Shown here: positions 20,001 to 28,391 of the stretch, one piece after another
Layout: each line of letters begins with the position of its first letter
Numbering within the stretch: position 1 is the first letter of the stretch
Source: Candidatus Omnitrophota bacterium
Lineage (GTDB): Bacteria > Omnitrophota > Omnitrophia > Omnitrophales > Aquincolibacteriaceae
DNA: 64,000 nucleotides
Assembly (NCBI GenBank): GCA_035352955.1
Contig: DAOPYQ010000001.1
Span: 229,536-293,535, forward strand
Reading direction: 5' to 3'
Made by a program: the position numbers and the translations under genes
Notes under the pieces: generated by a model
Databases searched by the model: none
What the model was told of the DNA's origin: nothing
What the model saw: only the letters and a program-made list of their open reading frames with translations

Positions 20001-23000
20001 GATCCCCTGAATTGGAGCAAAGGCTTGCCGACACTCGGAACCACCGCCCTGTTTAACAATACCAGCACGGCAGCTTCCGTTGTGGATGCTGGTTTTTCGG
20101 GGTCGATCGCAAAACTCTACATCGATTCGAACTATGATAATACCCTCACCCTTCAGCGGTCGTTAGCCGGTGGGAGCACCTATTTTCAAGCCAGCGGGAT
20201 CCTGGCGGGGACTCCCAATGTTTTGACTGCGACTACTTACAATGTTCAAAAGGGCGTCATCAGTGCCATCCTTGGAGGGACGGGTTCCGTTTTCAACAAA
20301 ACAACAGCGAATACCGTGACCCTGAGTGGCGCCAATACTTACACGGGATTGACGACGATTAGTGCCGGGACGCTACAACTTGGAGCCTCCGGAGTGATCG
20401 CGGATACGAGCGCCGTGACAGTTGCTTCAGGGGCGATCCTGGATCTCAACGGGTATAGTGAAGAGATCGGTTCTCTTGCGGGTGCTGGAACGGTGACGAG
20501 CAGTGCCGCCGGGGATCTCACCTTGACAGCCGGAGGCGATGATATCTCGACTACATTTTCAGGTAATATCGAAAATGGAAGTGCGACGTCTGTGGGTCTC
20601 ACTAAAACGGGAGCTGGGGTGCTGACGCTATCAGGGACGAATACCTATGCGGGGATCACAACGATCAGCGAAGGTATTTTGACGGCCACCACGACCGGGG
20701 CACTCCCGGGATGGGACACAAACGGACGTTTTGCAGTAGGCGCAGGCGCGGGGTTGGCGCTCTACAATGCGTTCACCGACGGAAATATCGCTACCATGCT
20801 CGGTACGACCAATTTTGCCGCGGGTGCTTTGTTGGGTTTTGATACCACTACTGCAGATCGCTCGTACGGTGTTTTGGCGGATACGGCTCAAGGTTCCCTC
20901 AGTTTATTGAAACTCGGCTCGAACGCACTAACCTTATCGGGCGTTAATACCTTTACCGGCAAAACAGCGATCAACGGAGGGACGCTCAAGATTTCCGCGG
21001 AATCTGGACTTGGCGCCAATCCCGGAGGTTTCGTAGCCGATCATCTTACCTTGAACGGCGGAACGCTTCAGACGACGGCAACTTTTTCGTTCAATTCCAA
21101 TCGCGGTATCACGCTAGGCGCTTCAGGGGGAACGTTTAGTACGGATGCCAGTACGATCCTGACCCTTCCGACCGTTATTGCGGGTGCAGGAGCATTGACT
21201 AAGTCGGGGACAGGAACGCTTATTGTCAGCGGACCTAACAGTTATGCCGGGCTTACCACCCTAAGCGCCGGGCTGTTGAAGCTTTCGACCGGTTCCGGCG
21301 CGAACACTCAATTGGGTACTGCGGATGCCGGAGTTGTGGTCGTCTCGGGAGCTGCGCTTGACCTGAATGGAGTTACGCTGGAGACGGAAGAGGCCTTAAA
21401 CCTCAAGGGGACGGGAATATCAAGCGGTGGTGCATTGCTCAATAGCTCCGCAACGGGCGTGACCTATAGTGGTTTGATCACACTAGGCGCTGACAGTAGC
21501 ATTGTTGCTACCAACGGAGGGATTACTCTTACAAATACCGGCACGATCACCGGCAACTATGGCTTGACGCTTAGTGGGGGTGCCGGGACGAATAGCAGTT
21601 TGGCTAGTGTGATCGCTACAAATAGCAATTCACTGACGAAAACCGGTGCAGGCACCTGGACGCTTTTGGGCGCGAATACCTACACGGGGGTTACCTACGT
21701 GAATACCGGGACGTTGAAGCTTGGAGCCTCGGGAGTGATCCCGGATTCAAGCTCCGTGTTTGCTGCGGGAACTTTCGATCTTAATGGTTATAACGAAACG
21801 ATCGGGATGCTCGCAACTTCAGGCGTGGTGACAAGTAGCGTTGCCGGAGATCTTCTCCTAACGGTCGGCGGAAATAACGCCTCCTATACGTTTTCGGGAA
21901 TGATTCAAAATGGGAGCGCGACCTCGATCTCTCTCGTAAAAACAGGGACGGGTACTTTGACTCTTTCAGGAATTAATACTTATACGGGTACGACGACGGT
22001 GAGCGCGGGAACTCTCCAGTTCGGAAAACAGCTTTCCCTTTACAATAATACTCCGGCGAGCTGGACGGCTGAGAATATCACGGTAGCTTCCGGAGCAACG
22101 CTGGCACTCAATGTGGGTGGGGCTGGAGAATTCAACTCTTCGGATGTTGATATCTTGAAGGGATTGGGTTCTGACACCGGGGGATTTACCAACGGTTCTT
22201 TTATAGCGTTTGATACGGCCAATGCCTCTGGAAATAATTTTACTTATGGTGGTGTTATTGCGGATACGAACAGTGGAGCTAACTCCTTGGGACTGAAAAA
22301 ACTCGGTAATAACGTACTGACCTTGTCAGGAGACAATAGCTATAGCGGTGTTACGACGATCAGTGCCGGTACGCTTAAACTTGGCGCCGCAGGTTCGGGC
22401 GCAAATACGCCGCTTGGGACGGTTGTTGCGGGGACTGTTGTTTCCTACGGTGCCGCGCTGGATCTGAATGGGTTTAGTTTATCAACGGCTGAGGCTTTAA
22501 GCCTGAATGGAACGGGCGTTTCAAGCGGCGGTGCTTTAACGAATAGCTCAGCCACTTCAGCGACTTATAGTGGACTTATTTCGCTTGTGAGTAATGCTGT
22601 AAGTATCGTTGCCAGCAGCGGGGATATAATCCTTTCGAATCCGGGGACGATCACCGGGTCAGTGGGGCTGACCCTTGGAGGGACCAGTACGGGGAGCAGC
22701 ATTGCCAGTATCATCGGGACGACAAGCGGGACTGTCACAAAAACCGGCACCGGAACCTGGATTCTTTCGGGCGCGAATACCTATACCGGGAAAACCAGTA
22801 TTCAAGGCGGCACTCTGAGTGTTTCATCGCTCGGGAAAGTGACCGGCGGGACTGCAAGTAATTTGGGGATCCCAAGCTCGGTTTACAATGGCACCATCGA
22901 TCTTGGTTCGGGCGCAACCAGCGGCACTTTGAAATATACCGGCACCGGTGAAACGACGGATCGTGTGATCAATCTATACGGCAGCACCGGAGGTGCCGTG

Positions 23001-25469
23001 TTGGACCAATCCGGGACGGGGATCTTAACTTTCTCCAATCCTTTTACGGCTACGGGGGGCGGAATTAAGGCGCTCACTTTACAAGGCTCGACTTCCGGAA
23101 CGGGTGTGATTGCCGGTGCGATCGTGAATAATAGCGGGACCAATACTACTGGTATCACAAAAGCGGGGACCGGGACATGGACGCTTTCCGGGACCAACAC
23201 CTACACCGGCGTAACGACCCTTACAGACGGTATCCTGAGCGTTGCGACGATCGGGAACGGCGGCTCTTCTGGTAATCTTGGTGCGGCAACAAACGCTGCG
23301 GCGAATCTTGTCTTTAACGGCGGCACACTTCAATACACCGGTAGCTCCAGCGGTACAGATCGTAACTTTACAATTAATGCTGGTACTACCGGGACGATCG
23401 ATGTTACCACGAATAATCTTACGATTGCTGGCGCATCGACCAATACGACAGGAGCTCTGACGAAGATCGGCGCCGGGACGCTCACGTTGTCGGGATCAAA
23501 TCTTCACACCGGCGCGACAACCGTGAATGCTGGTTTACTTACGGGCAACGGCAGCCTTGCCGGTCCTGTGACCAACAACGCTACGATCTCGGGTCTTACG
23601 GTTGCTGGTACGGTCACGAATAACAGTGCTATCTCTGGTGGCACTTATGACGGTATGGTTCATAACCTCACACTTGGCTCGATTTCCGGGGGGGCATTCA
23701 ACGGCACACTTTCCATGGAGGGGGGAGTGACCAGCGTGACGCCGACTTATGGAGCTTCAGCGACACTTCAATATAAGGGAACGGGTGGGACACAAACCAC
23801 GGGGTTGGAATTGCCGGCGACGATCCCGAACTTGACAGTCGACAATATCAGTGGAGTTATTTTAAGCGCTAGTCCTATAGTGACCGGTGCTGTCACGATG
23901 ACAAGCGGCTTGTTCCTTGTATCTGTTTCGGCGGATTCCGGTCTGACAAAAGTTTATGGCAGCGCGGACCCGGTTTTCACCTATACGACAAGCGGCTATT
24001 TGGTGAATGGAGACGCCTACACGGGGGCACTTAGCCGCGTGGCGGGGAGTGACGTTGGTGCCTACGCGATTACGCAAGGGACGTTAATGGCGGGCGACCA
24101 TTATTCGATTGCCTTTAATTCAGCCGATTTCGTAATCACGGCAAAGCCGGTCATCGTGATGGCGGATGCGGGACAGAACAAAGTTTATGGTGCCTCGGAT
24201 CCTGTGTTGACGTACACAGCCACGGCGCTCGTTGGATCGGATTCGTTCAGTGGTGCTTTGAGCCGCGCTGCAGGGGAGACCGTGTTGGGCGGCCCTTATG
24301 CGATTAACCAGGGGACGCTTAATGCAGGTTCGAATTACGACATAACTTTTGTCGGGAATACTTTTGCGGTCACACCGAAGGCTTTGACGATCACGGCGGA
24401 TAACGTTACGAAAACTTACGGAGATGTGGTGACGTTCGCGGGGACGGAGTTTACGCAGTCGGGTCTTGTGAATTCGGATTCAGTAACAAGCGTGTCTTTG
24501 GCGAGTGCCGGGGCTGGAGCAACAGCGACGGTGGGCAGCTCTCCTTACGACATTACCGCAAGCGGCGCTACGGGCACCGGTCTTTCGAATTACACGATCT
24601 CGTATGTGGATGGTCATTTGACGGTGGACCGGAAGGATCTGACGATCACGGCGAATGATCAAACCAAGACCTATGGCGATTCAGATCTCGGGACGACGGA
24701 TTTTTCGTCCCTGGGGCTCGTGACCGGGGATGAGATCACCTCGGTGGCGCTCACGTCCGCGGATGCGGAGCTGAGCACTTCGGGGAACTATAAAGCCGGG
24801 AACTGGCACATCACCGCTGACGATGCCTCGGGGGATGCCTTTGATGCCAACAACTACGACATCACTTATAACACCGGAGCTTTGACGGTGGAGCAGAAAG
24901 ATCTGTCGGCAACGGGGATCACCGCGAAGAACAAAACTTATAACGGGAACACCGACGCAACGCTTGATTATACGGATGCGGAGCTGAGCGGGAATGTGGC
25001 GGGCGATGATGTCGCATTGCTCGAGACGGGCGTTGGGACTTTCGAGGAAGCGGGGCCGGGATTGAATATTCTTGTGAACATTACGGATCTGAGCATTAGC
25101 GGTGACGACGCGGCGAATTATCATTTCGATACAACGGCCACGACTTCGGCGGACATTTTGCCGGCGCCTCCGGCGCCGTCATCGAGCGGGCCTTCTGCGA
25201 GTGAGGCGGCCGCGATCAACGGTGTGATCAACCGTACGGAGAACGATCTGACGCAGTCGGATCCGCTCACGACGGCGCCTGTGATCGGTCTTGCGAACGG
25301 TGCGCCGGTGGTGACGCTGAACGGCATCGAAATGGACGGTAATCGTTGGGAAGGGCACGATTCCTTGATCGAGCAGTTGCGCCTTTTCCTCACCGGCGGG
25401 ATGGGATTTGATCCCAACAATCTGGTGCTTTCGGAAACCTCGCCTGATTTGCAGACCGATGAAGCGTGA
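17088..25469 (+). CDS. giant secreted repeat protein (2,793 aa): TPS (haemagglutination-activity) domain, GLUG repeats, autotransporter-associated beta-strand (PATR) repeats, MBG repeats
   Basis: Long N-terminal leader with the hydrophobic core AAWMVVFFTVFTAMPSWTFA. TPS-domain signature: ATHNIVGLSSGASLALLVNGGSATNIFGTMNLSNLAFILQNVNGINIGASGLVNVNHASFIASTL. Then FSGSFDGKGYTISDLVI followed by many copies of a G-x-x-G ... NSYNTGxVTG repeat (GLUG). Then about 10 copies of the KTGAGTLTLSGxNTYTGxTTxxAGTLxLG repeat. Then 4-5 MBG-type repeats (KxYG..DP.LTYT...G). An alternative start is ATG 17121. Confidence 0.85.
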   Translation: MLNFLLGKITVMIPIENEPAPELEFEESWAAFLGTLGTLPLLMQWNGFKRVMAAWMVVFFTVFTAMPSWTFAETIQFENGSVDVTTQDNVTNWNVTGNPVWNVPEFNVAEGATHNIVGLSSGASLALLVNGGSATNIFGTMNLSNLAFILQNVNGINIGASGLVNVNHASFIASTLPLNLDATNFLTQQYRFKGDASSLLKNEGRIVGHDASLVALVANAIENKGTIEVPAGTVALAAGKTVTIGVSPDGMVSIGVDEATAHEMGLDDQIKNSGTISASGGRVVLDAQAIDDIFDRAINIDPSENATAVIVADDGVIEFVAQGDVKVSGDLRAENGTITAAVDGELELIGDITASNSTFNADKVKLTGLAAQTFKGDMTITNLEITTSGKTVYFESGKTYTLLGHTEIQGEGGYAAGYIRLFSSVKGSPWYINITGDYHIAYAGIRDSHYLGEGLVTAYPKADYGGNTGWAHNDSVIDWTTLDLIRSNLSASYLLGANLSKSDIDYSGIGDDFDPIGGWNGQGNFSGSFDGKGYTISDLVINKPFDDYVGLFGKTSGGTISNVGLLGGAVTGKTYTGALIGYNSGTAITNVYNTGTVTGVATAQYQGYVGGLVGYHYSGSLTNSYNTGDVTGSSDFVGGLAGRSGGTITGSYNSGIVTNLFGNRGSIGGITGDNSSTISNSYNTGNIFANYHSVGGLVGVNGTSGLITNSYNTGNVTVTGTVAQETGGIVGRNWAGSVSQVFNSGTVSGYVSVGGIAGRNYSTGANSSISQAYNTGNVTASNYQAGGVVGSNEGSYSTIANSYNTGNVTTSGGSAGGVVGYLYVNNANVTSILNSYNTGTVAGGTSYAGGVVGYHYYGKITNSYNTGEVSGEAAKTGGFMGYYYNGVQTNNWWFNTNSGAAGVGAPTGITKAAAATDFNGTGSGTGGAVYIGATTWDFSTTPVWKAVQSSTPLLDWECNVWTNGNNTGAWSDPLNWSKGLPTLGTTALFNNTSTAASVVDAGFSGSIAKLYIDSNYDNTLTLQRSLAGGSTYFQASGILAGTPNVLTATTYNVQKGVISAILGGTGSVFNKTTANTVTLSGANTYTGLTTISAGTLQLGASGVIADTSAVTVASGAILDLNGYSEEIGSLAGAGTVTSSAAGDLTLTAGGDDISTTFSGNIENGSATSVGLTKTGAGVLTLSGTNTYAGITTISEGILTATTTGALPGWDTNGRFAVGAGAGLALYNAFTDGNIATMLGTTNFAAGALLGFDTTTADRSYGVLADTAQGSLSLLKLGSNALTLSGVNTFTGKTAINGGTLKISAESGLGANPGGFVADHLTLNGGTLQTTATFSFNSNRGITLGASGGTFSTDASTILTLPTVIAGAGALTKSGTGTLIVSGPNSYAGLTTLSAGLLKLSTGSGANTQLGTADAGVVVVSGAALDLNGVTLETEEALNLKGTGISSGGALLNSSATGVTYSGLITLGADSSIVATNGGITLTNTGTITGNYGLTLSGGAGTNSSLASVIATNSNSLTKTGAGTWTLLGANTYTGVTYVNTGTLKLGASGVIPDSSSVFAAGTFDLNGYNETIGMLATSGVVTSSVAGDLLLTVGGNNASYTFSGMIQNGSATSISLVKTGTGTLTLSGINTYTGTTTVSAGTLQFGKQLSLYNNTPASWTAENITVASGATLALNVGGAGEFNSSDVDILKGLGSDTGGFTNGSFIAFDTANASGNNFTYGGVIADTNSGANSLGLKKLGNNVLTLSGDNSYSGVTTISAGTLKLGAAGSGANTPLGTVVAGTVVSYGAALDLNGFSLSTAEALSLNGTGVSSGGALTNSSATSATYSGLISLVSNAVSIVASSGDIILSNPGTITGSVGLTLGGTSTGSSIASIIGTTSGTVTKTGTGTWILSGANTYTGKTSIQGGTLSVSSLGKVTGGTASNLGIPSSVYNGTIDLGSGATSGTLKYTGTGETTDRVINLYGSTGGAVLDQSGTGILTFSNPFTATGGGIKALTLQGSTSGTGVIAGAIVNNSGTNTTGITKAGTGTWTLSGTNTYTGVTTLTDGILSVATIGNGGSSGNLGAATNAAANLVFNGGTLQYTGSSSGTDRNFTINAGTTGTIDVTTNNLTIAGASTNTTGALTKIGAGTLTLSGSNLHTGATTVNAGLLTGNGSLAGPVTNNATISGLTVAGTVTNNSAISGGTYDGMVHNLTLGSISGGAFNGTLSMEGGVTSVTPTYGASATLQYKGTGGTQTTGLELPATIPNLTVDNISGVILSASPIVTGAVTMTSGLFLVSVSADSGLTKVYGSADPVFTYTTSGYLVNGDAYTGALSRVAGSDVGAYAITQGTLMAGDHYSIAFNSADFVITAKPVIVMADAGQNKVYGASDPVLTYTATALVGSDSFSGALSRAAGETVLGGPYAINQGTLNAGSNYDITFVGNTFAVTPKALTITADNVTKTYGDVVTFAGTEFTQSGLVNSDSVTSVSLASAGAGATATVGSSPYDITASGATGTGLSNYTISYVDGHLTVDRKDLTITANDQTKTYGDSDLGTTDFSSLGLVTGDEITSVALTSADAELSTSGNYKAGNWHITADDASGDAFDANNYDITYNTGALTVEQKDLSATGITAKNKTYNGNTDATLDYTDAELSGNVAGDDVALLETGVGTFEEAGPGLNILVNITDLSISGDDAANYHFDTTATTSADILPAPPAPSSSGPSASEAAAINGVINRTENDLTQSDPLTTAPVIGLANGAPVVTLNGIEMDGNRWEGHDSLIEQLRLFLTGGMGFDPNNLVLSETSPDLQTDEA
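17304..17990 (+). other. TPS / haemagglutination-activity secretion domain coding segment (approximate)
   Basis: Residues about 73-300 of the giant protein. Boundaries approximate. Confidence 0.6.
18640..19790 (+). repeat. GLUG-motif tandem repeat coding segment (approximate)
   Basis: At least 12 units of roughly 25-30 aa ending in SYNTG-V-G, preceded by the FDGKGYTISDL signature. Confidence 0.6.
20300..23560 (+). repeat. autotransporter-associated beta-strand (PATR) repeat coding segment (approximate)
   Basis: Repeated LTKTGAGTLTLSGANTYTG-TTI-AGTL-LGASG units, some flanked by LDLNGY..E.IGSLAG. Confidence 0.6.
23930..25140 (+). repeat. MBG (YGx-type) domain repeat coding segment (approximate)
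   Basis: Repeated K(V/T)YG..DP.(F/L)TYT...L..GD...G.L.R units. Confidence 0.55.
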
Positions 25470-25859
25470 TGGAATGATTGAGTGAAATGAAGTTTTTGAA
25501 AATAGCGGAAGCAAGGGCCGCCTGGATCTTCCGGGGGACGGTTTGTCGCGCATTCGCGGGGATCCGTAAGGATCTTCGGGCGAAGGATGCGTTGGCCGGC
25601 CGGATCTGCTGGACTGGAGGAGATCCCGGTGAGGGGGGAGTACCTGTCGGGGGTCGTTTTTTGGAATTGAGAACCCCGACGGCCCTCGAGGACGGTGGCG
25701 GTTCGTTGGCCGTCTCCGGTCCCAATCCGTCTTGAACATTAAGCTCACTCCACCTTCAAAGGTGGATGGGTTGTATGGACAAACCCGGTCCCCTGCGCTA
25801 TCATGCCTCCACGCGTCGATTTTGTTGGAGCCTTCCGGAGTTCTTGCGCAGAATATCCT

Positions 25860-26894
25860 ATGGATGAAAAAGACCGTCTTCTTTTGACCTATCTTCACCA
25901 GGGGCTTTCGTTCGTGTCCCGGCCTTTCGAGGTCCTTGCGCAAAAGACCCAACTGGATAGTGCGGGCGTCATGGTGCGCATCCAGAAGCTCAAGCAAGAG
26001 GGTATTTTGACCGGGATCAAAGCGGTCTGGAATCCCCGGGCGTTTGGTTATCAGAGCGCCTGGGTGGCAATGAAATTCGACCCCGCGGAGCTGGCGGGGC
26101 ACTCCGAGATCGTGCACCAGCATCCCGGCGTGATCTACAGTTGCGAACGGGAGCACGAGCTCAACTTCTGGTTCTTTATCGCGGTCCCAGGAGACCATGA
26201 TCTTGAGACGCACCTCCGGTGCATCGAGAAATTCGCGGCCCCGAAACGGACGCTGTTTTTGCCCGTCCGGAGGGTTTTTAAGGGGACGGACCTTTTGAAT
26301 GTGACGGATCCCGGGATGTTCCCGGGTATGGGCGAGCATTTTGAAAAAAGAAAGACCGTGAGGGCTCCGGAGCTGAGTGCTCCGGAGATCGAGTTGGTAA
26401 GGGCTCTTCAGGAAAAATTTCCGGTTGCAGACGATCCTTTCCGGGACATCGCCGTTCGGATGAATGTTTCTGAAGGACAGGTTCTTGAGCTCACGGCGTC
26501 GCTGGTTCGCAGAGGATGTCTCCGGAGGATCGGAAGTTTTTTCAATCCTGCGGCGGTGTTCGGCAAACCGAAGCATCTCGTGGTCTGGCATATCTCCGAG
26601 GAAAAACTGGACCGGGGCGGCGCGGGGATCGCGGAATTTCAGGAGATCGTGTACGCGGATCGGCGGCCGTCCTATCCGGGGTTTCCTTACTCCCTTTATA
26701 CGATGATCGAGGCAACGGATGCGACGGAACTCGAGGTGATTGTTCGGCGCATCGAGGACCGGATCGGCAAGTGGCCTTCAGAGGCGCTTGTGACGGCGCG
26801 CGAATTCAAAAAGAACCGGATGAAATATTTCCCTAAAGAACTCGACGTGTGGTGGGAACAGAGCCGCCACGTCGCAGAAACGGCATTCCACTAA
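25860..26894 (+). CDS. fused AhbA/AhbB-like (NirDL-like) siroheme decarboxylase family protein; two Lrp/AsnC-like modules
   Basis: Two tandem modules, each starting with an HTH-like segment: MDEKDRLLLTYLHQGLSFVSRPFEVLAQKT and LSAPEIELVRALQEKFPVADDPFRDIAVRMNVSEGQVLELTASLVRRGCLRRIG. The likely start is ATG 25860. The track ORF starts at 25803. Confidence 0.6.
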   Translation: MDEKDRLLLTYLHQGLSFVSRPFEVLAQKTQLDSAGVMVRIQKLKQEGILTGIKAVWNPRAFGYQSAWVAMKFDPAELAGHSEIVHQHPGVIYSCEREHELNFWFFIAVPGDHDLETHLRCIEKFAAPKRTLFLPVRRVFKGTDLLNVTDPGMFPGMGEHFEKRKTVRAPELSAPEIELVRALQEKFPVADDPFRDIAVRMNVSEGQVLELTASLVRRGCLRRIGSFFNPAAVFGKPKHLVVWHISEEKLDRGGAGIAEFQEIVYADRRPSYPGFPYSLYTMIEATDATELEVIVRRIEDRIGKWPSEALVTAREFKKNRMKYFPKELDVWWEQSRHVAETAFH

Positions 26895-26904
26895 AACAGG
26901 ATAA

Positions 26905-26971
26905 AGGATGAAGGATGGCGGATGGAGTAAGCCGAAGAACCAGTTTTAACGTCATCCTGCATCCGTCATCC
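26905..26971. repeat. GGATG-rich palindromic element (family B) in the thiC leader
   Basis: ggatgaaggatggcggatgg, then a 25-nt loop, then cgtcatcctgcatccgtcatcc. The arms are imperfect inverted repeats built from GGATG units. Confidence 0.5.
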
Positions 26972-26987
26972 AATAGTCGAGACTAAA

Positions 26988-28349
26988 ATGGCACTACGAG
27001 ACGAAGAAATTTCAAGGAAGAATACCGGGGAGAATTGTTCGCAAATGCATTCCGCCCGCAAGGGGATCGTTACGCCGCAGATGAAATTTGTGGCCAAGCG
27101 AGAAGGCCTGGCCCCTGAGTTTATTCGAGAGGAAGTGGCGGGGGGCCGCCTCGTGATCCCGGCGAACATTTATCACAAGAACCTTGAACCTGCGGGGATC
27201 GGGATTTCGGTCCGGTGCAAAATCAACGCGAATCTCGGAAATTCCGCATTGGGTTCGGATATTCCCGCGGAACTTGAAAAGGTCAGGACGGCGATCCGGT
27301 TTGGTGCCGATGCGATCATGGACCTTTCTACGGGGAAGCATCTGGATGAAACGCGCGAAGCGATCATCCATGCCTGTTCCGTGCCCATCGGAACGGTCCC
27401 GATCTATGAGGCGCTCGAACGGGTGAAAGGCAAGCCCGAGGTGCTCACGCCGGAGATCCTGTTCGACGTGATCGAACATCAGGCGCGGCAGGGTGTGGAT
27501 TTCATGACGATCCACGCGGGGGTGCTGCTCGAACATCTGCCGCTTGTGGAAAAACGCGTGACGGGGATCGTGAGCCGCGGCGGCGCGATCCTGGCGCGGT
27601 GGTGCCGGGAACATCAGAAACAAAACTTTCTTTATACCCATTTCGACCGTCTGCTTGAGATCTGCAAGAAATACGATGTGACGATCAGCCTCGGCGACGG
27701 AATGCGGCCGGGATGCCTTGCCGACGCGAGTGACGCGGCCCAGTTCGCGGAGCTCGACGCGTTGGGGGTTTTGACGCTCCGGGCGTGGGAGCAGGACGTG
27801 CAGGTGATGGTGGAAGGTCCGGGACATGTCCCGATGGATCAGATCCCGATGAATATCGAGCGGCAGATCAAGGTGTGTCACGGCGCGCCTTTTTATGTGC
27901 TCGGGCCTCTTGTGACGGATATCGCTCCGGGTTATGATCACATTACGTCGGCGATCGGAGCGGCCATTGCCGCACAAGCCGGTGCGGCGATGCTTTGCTA
28001 CGTGACGCCCTGCGAGCATTTGCGGCTCCCGAACCTTGAAGACGTAAAGCAGGGTGTGATCGCCTACAAGATCGCAGCGCACGCGGCGGATGTTGCGCGT
28101 CACCGGCCCGGCGTCAGGGATCGGGACGACGCGTTGGCCCGCGCGCGATTCGCATTCGATTGGGAAAAACAATACGCTCTTTCGCTCGACCCGGAGAATG
28201 CGAAGAAGATGCATGACGAGGGCTTGCCGGAGGGTGAGGCGCGGCACGCGGACTATTGCTCGATGTGCGGCGAAGGGTTCTGCGCGATGAATCTTTCGCA
28301 GTGTCTTACCGAAGCCGGAAAGAAAAAACAGGCGCTACGGAAAAAATAA
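26988..28349 (+). CDS. thiC: phosphomethylpyrimidine synthase ThiC
   Basis: [38 protein letters not shown], and the C-terminal motif [11 protein letters not shown]. 453 aa. Confidence 0.9.
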   Translation: MALRDEEISRKNTGENCSQMHSARKGIVTPQMKFVAKREGLAPEFIREEVAGGRLVIPANIYHKNLEPAGIGISVRCKINANLGNSALGSDIPAELEKVRTAIRFGADAIMDLSTGKHLDETREAIIHACSVPIGTVPIYEALERVKGKPEVLTPEILFDVIEHQARQGVDFMTIHAGVLLEHLPLVEKRVTGIVSRGGAILARWCREHQKQNFLYTHFDRLLEICKKYDVTISLGDGMRPGCLADASDAAQFAELDALGVLTLRAWEQDVQVMVEGPGHVPMDQIPMNIERQIKVCHGAPFYVLGPLVTDIAPGYDHITSAIGAAIAAQAGAAMLCYVTPCEHLRLPNLEDVKQGVIAYKIAAHAADVARHRPGVRDRDDALARARFAFDWEKQYALSLDPENAKKMHDEGLPEGEARHADYCSMCGEGFCAMNLSQCLTEAGKKKQALRKK

Positions 28350-28391
28350 CCCCGGCAACGGCGGGGGCGTTCCGGATGAAAGAGACTTGAG

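Noticed and set aside
25470-25859. 85-aa ORF (25478..25735) and possible hairpin/T-run (about 25640-25665) downstream of the giant gene
   Set aside because: The ORF is Gly/Arg/Ala-rich with no start context or domain. The hairpin is imperfect. The region is more likely an untranslated spacer or terminator that I cannot delimit precisely.
25179-26591. 470-aa minus-strand ORF
   Set aside because: Antisense to the giant-gene 3' end and to the AhbAB-like gene. Arg/Pro-rich with no domains.
26895-26987. Expected TPP (THI-box) riboswitch upstream of thiC
   Set aside because: The leader is only 93 nt and lacks the conserved CUGAGA and pyrimidine-sensing helix sequences. I could not fit a THI-box. 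It is reported instead as an unusual leader with a palindrome.
27012-28247. 411-aa minus-strand ORF
   Set aside because: Antisense to thiC.
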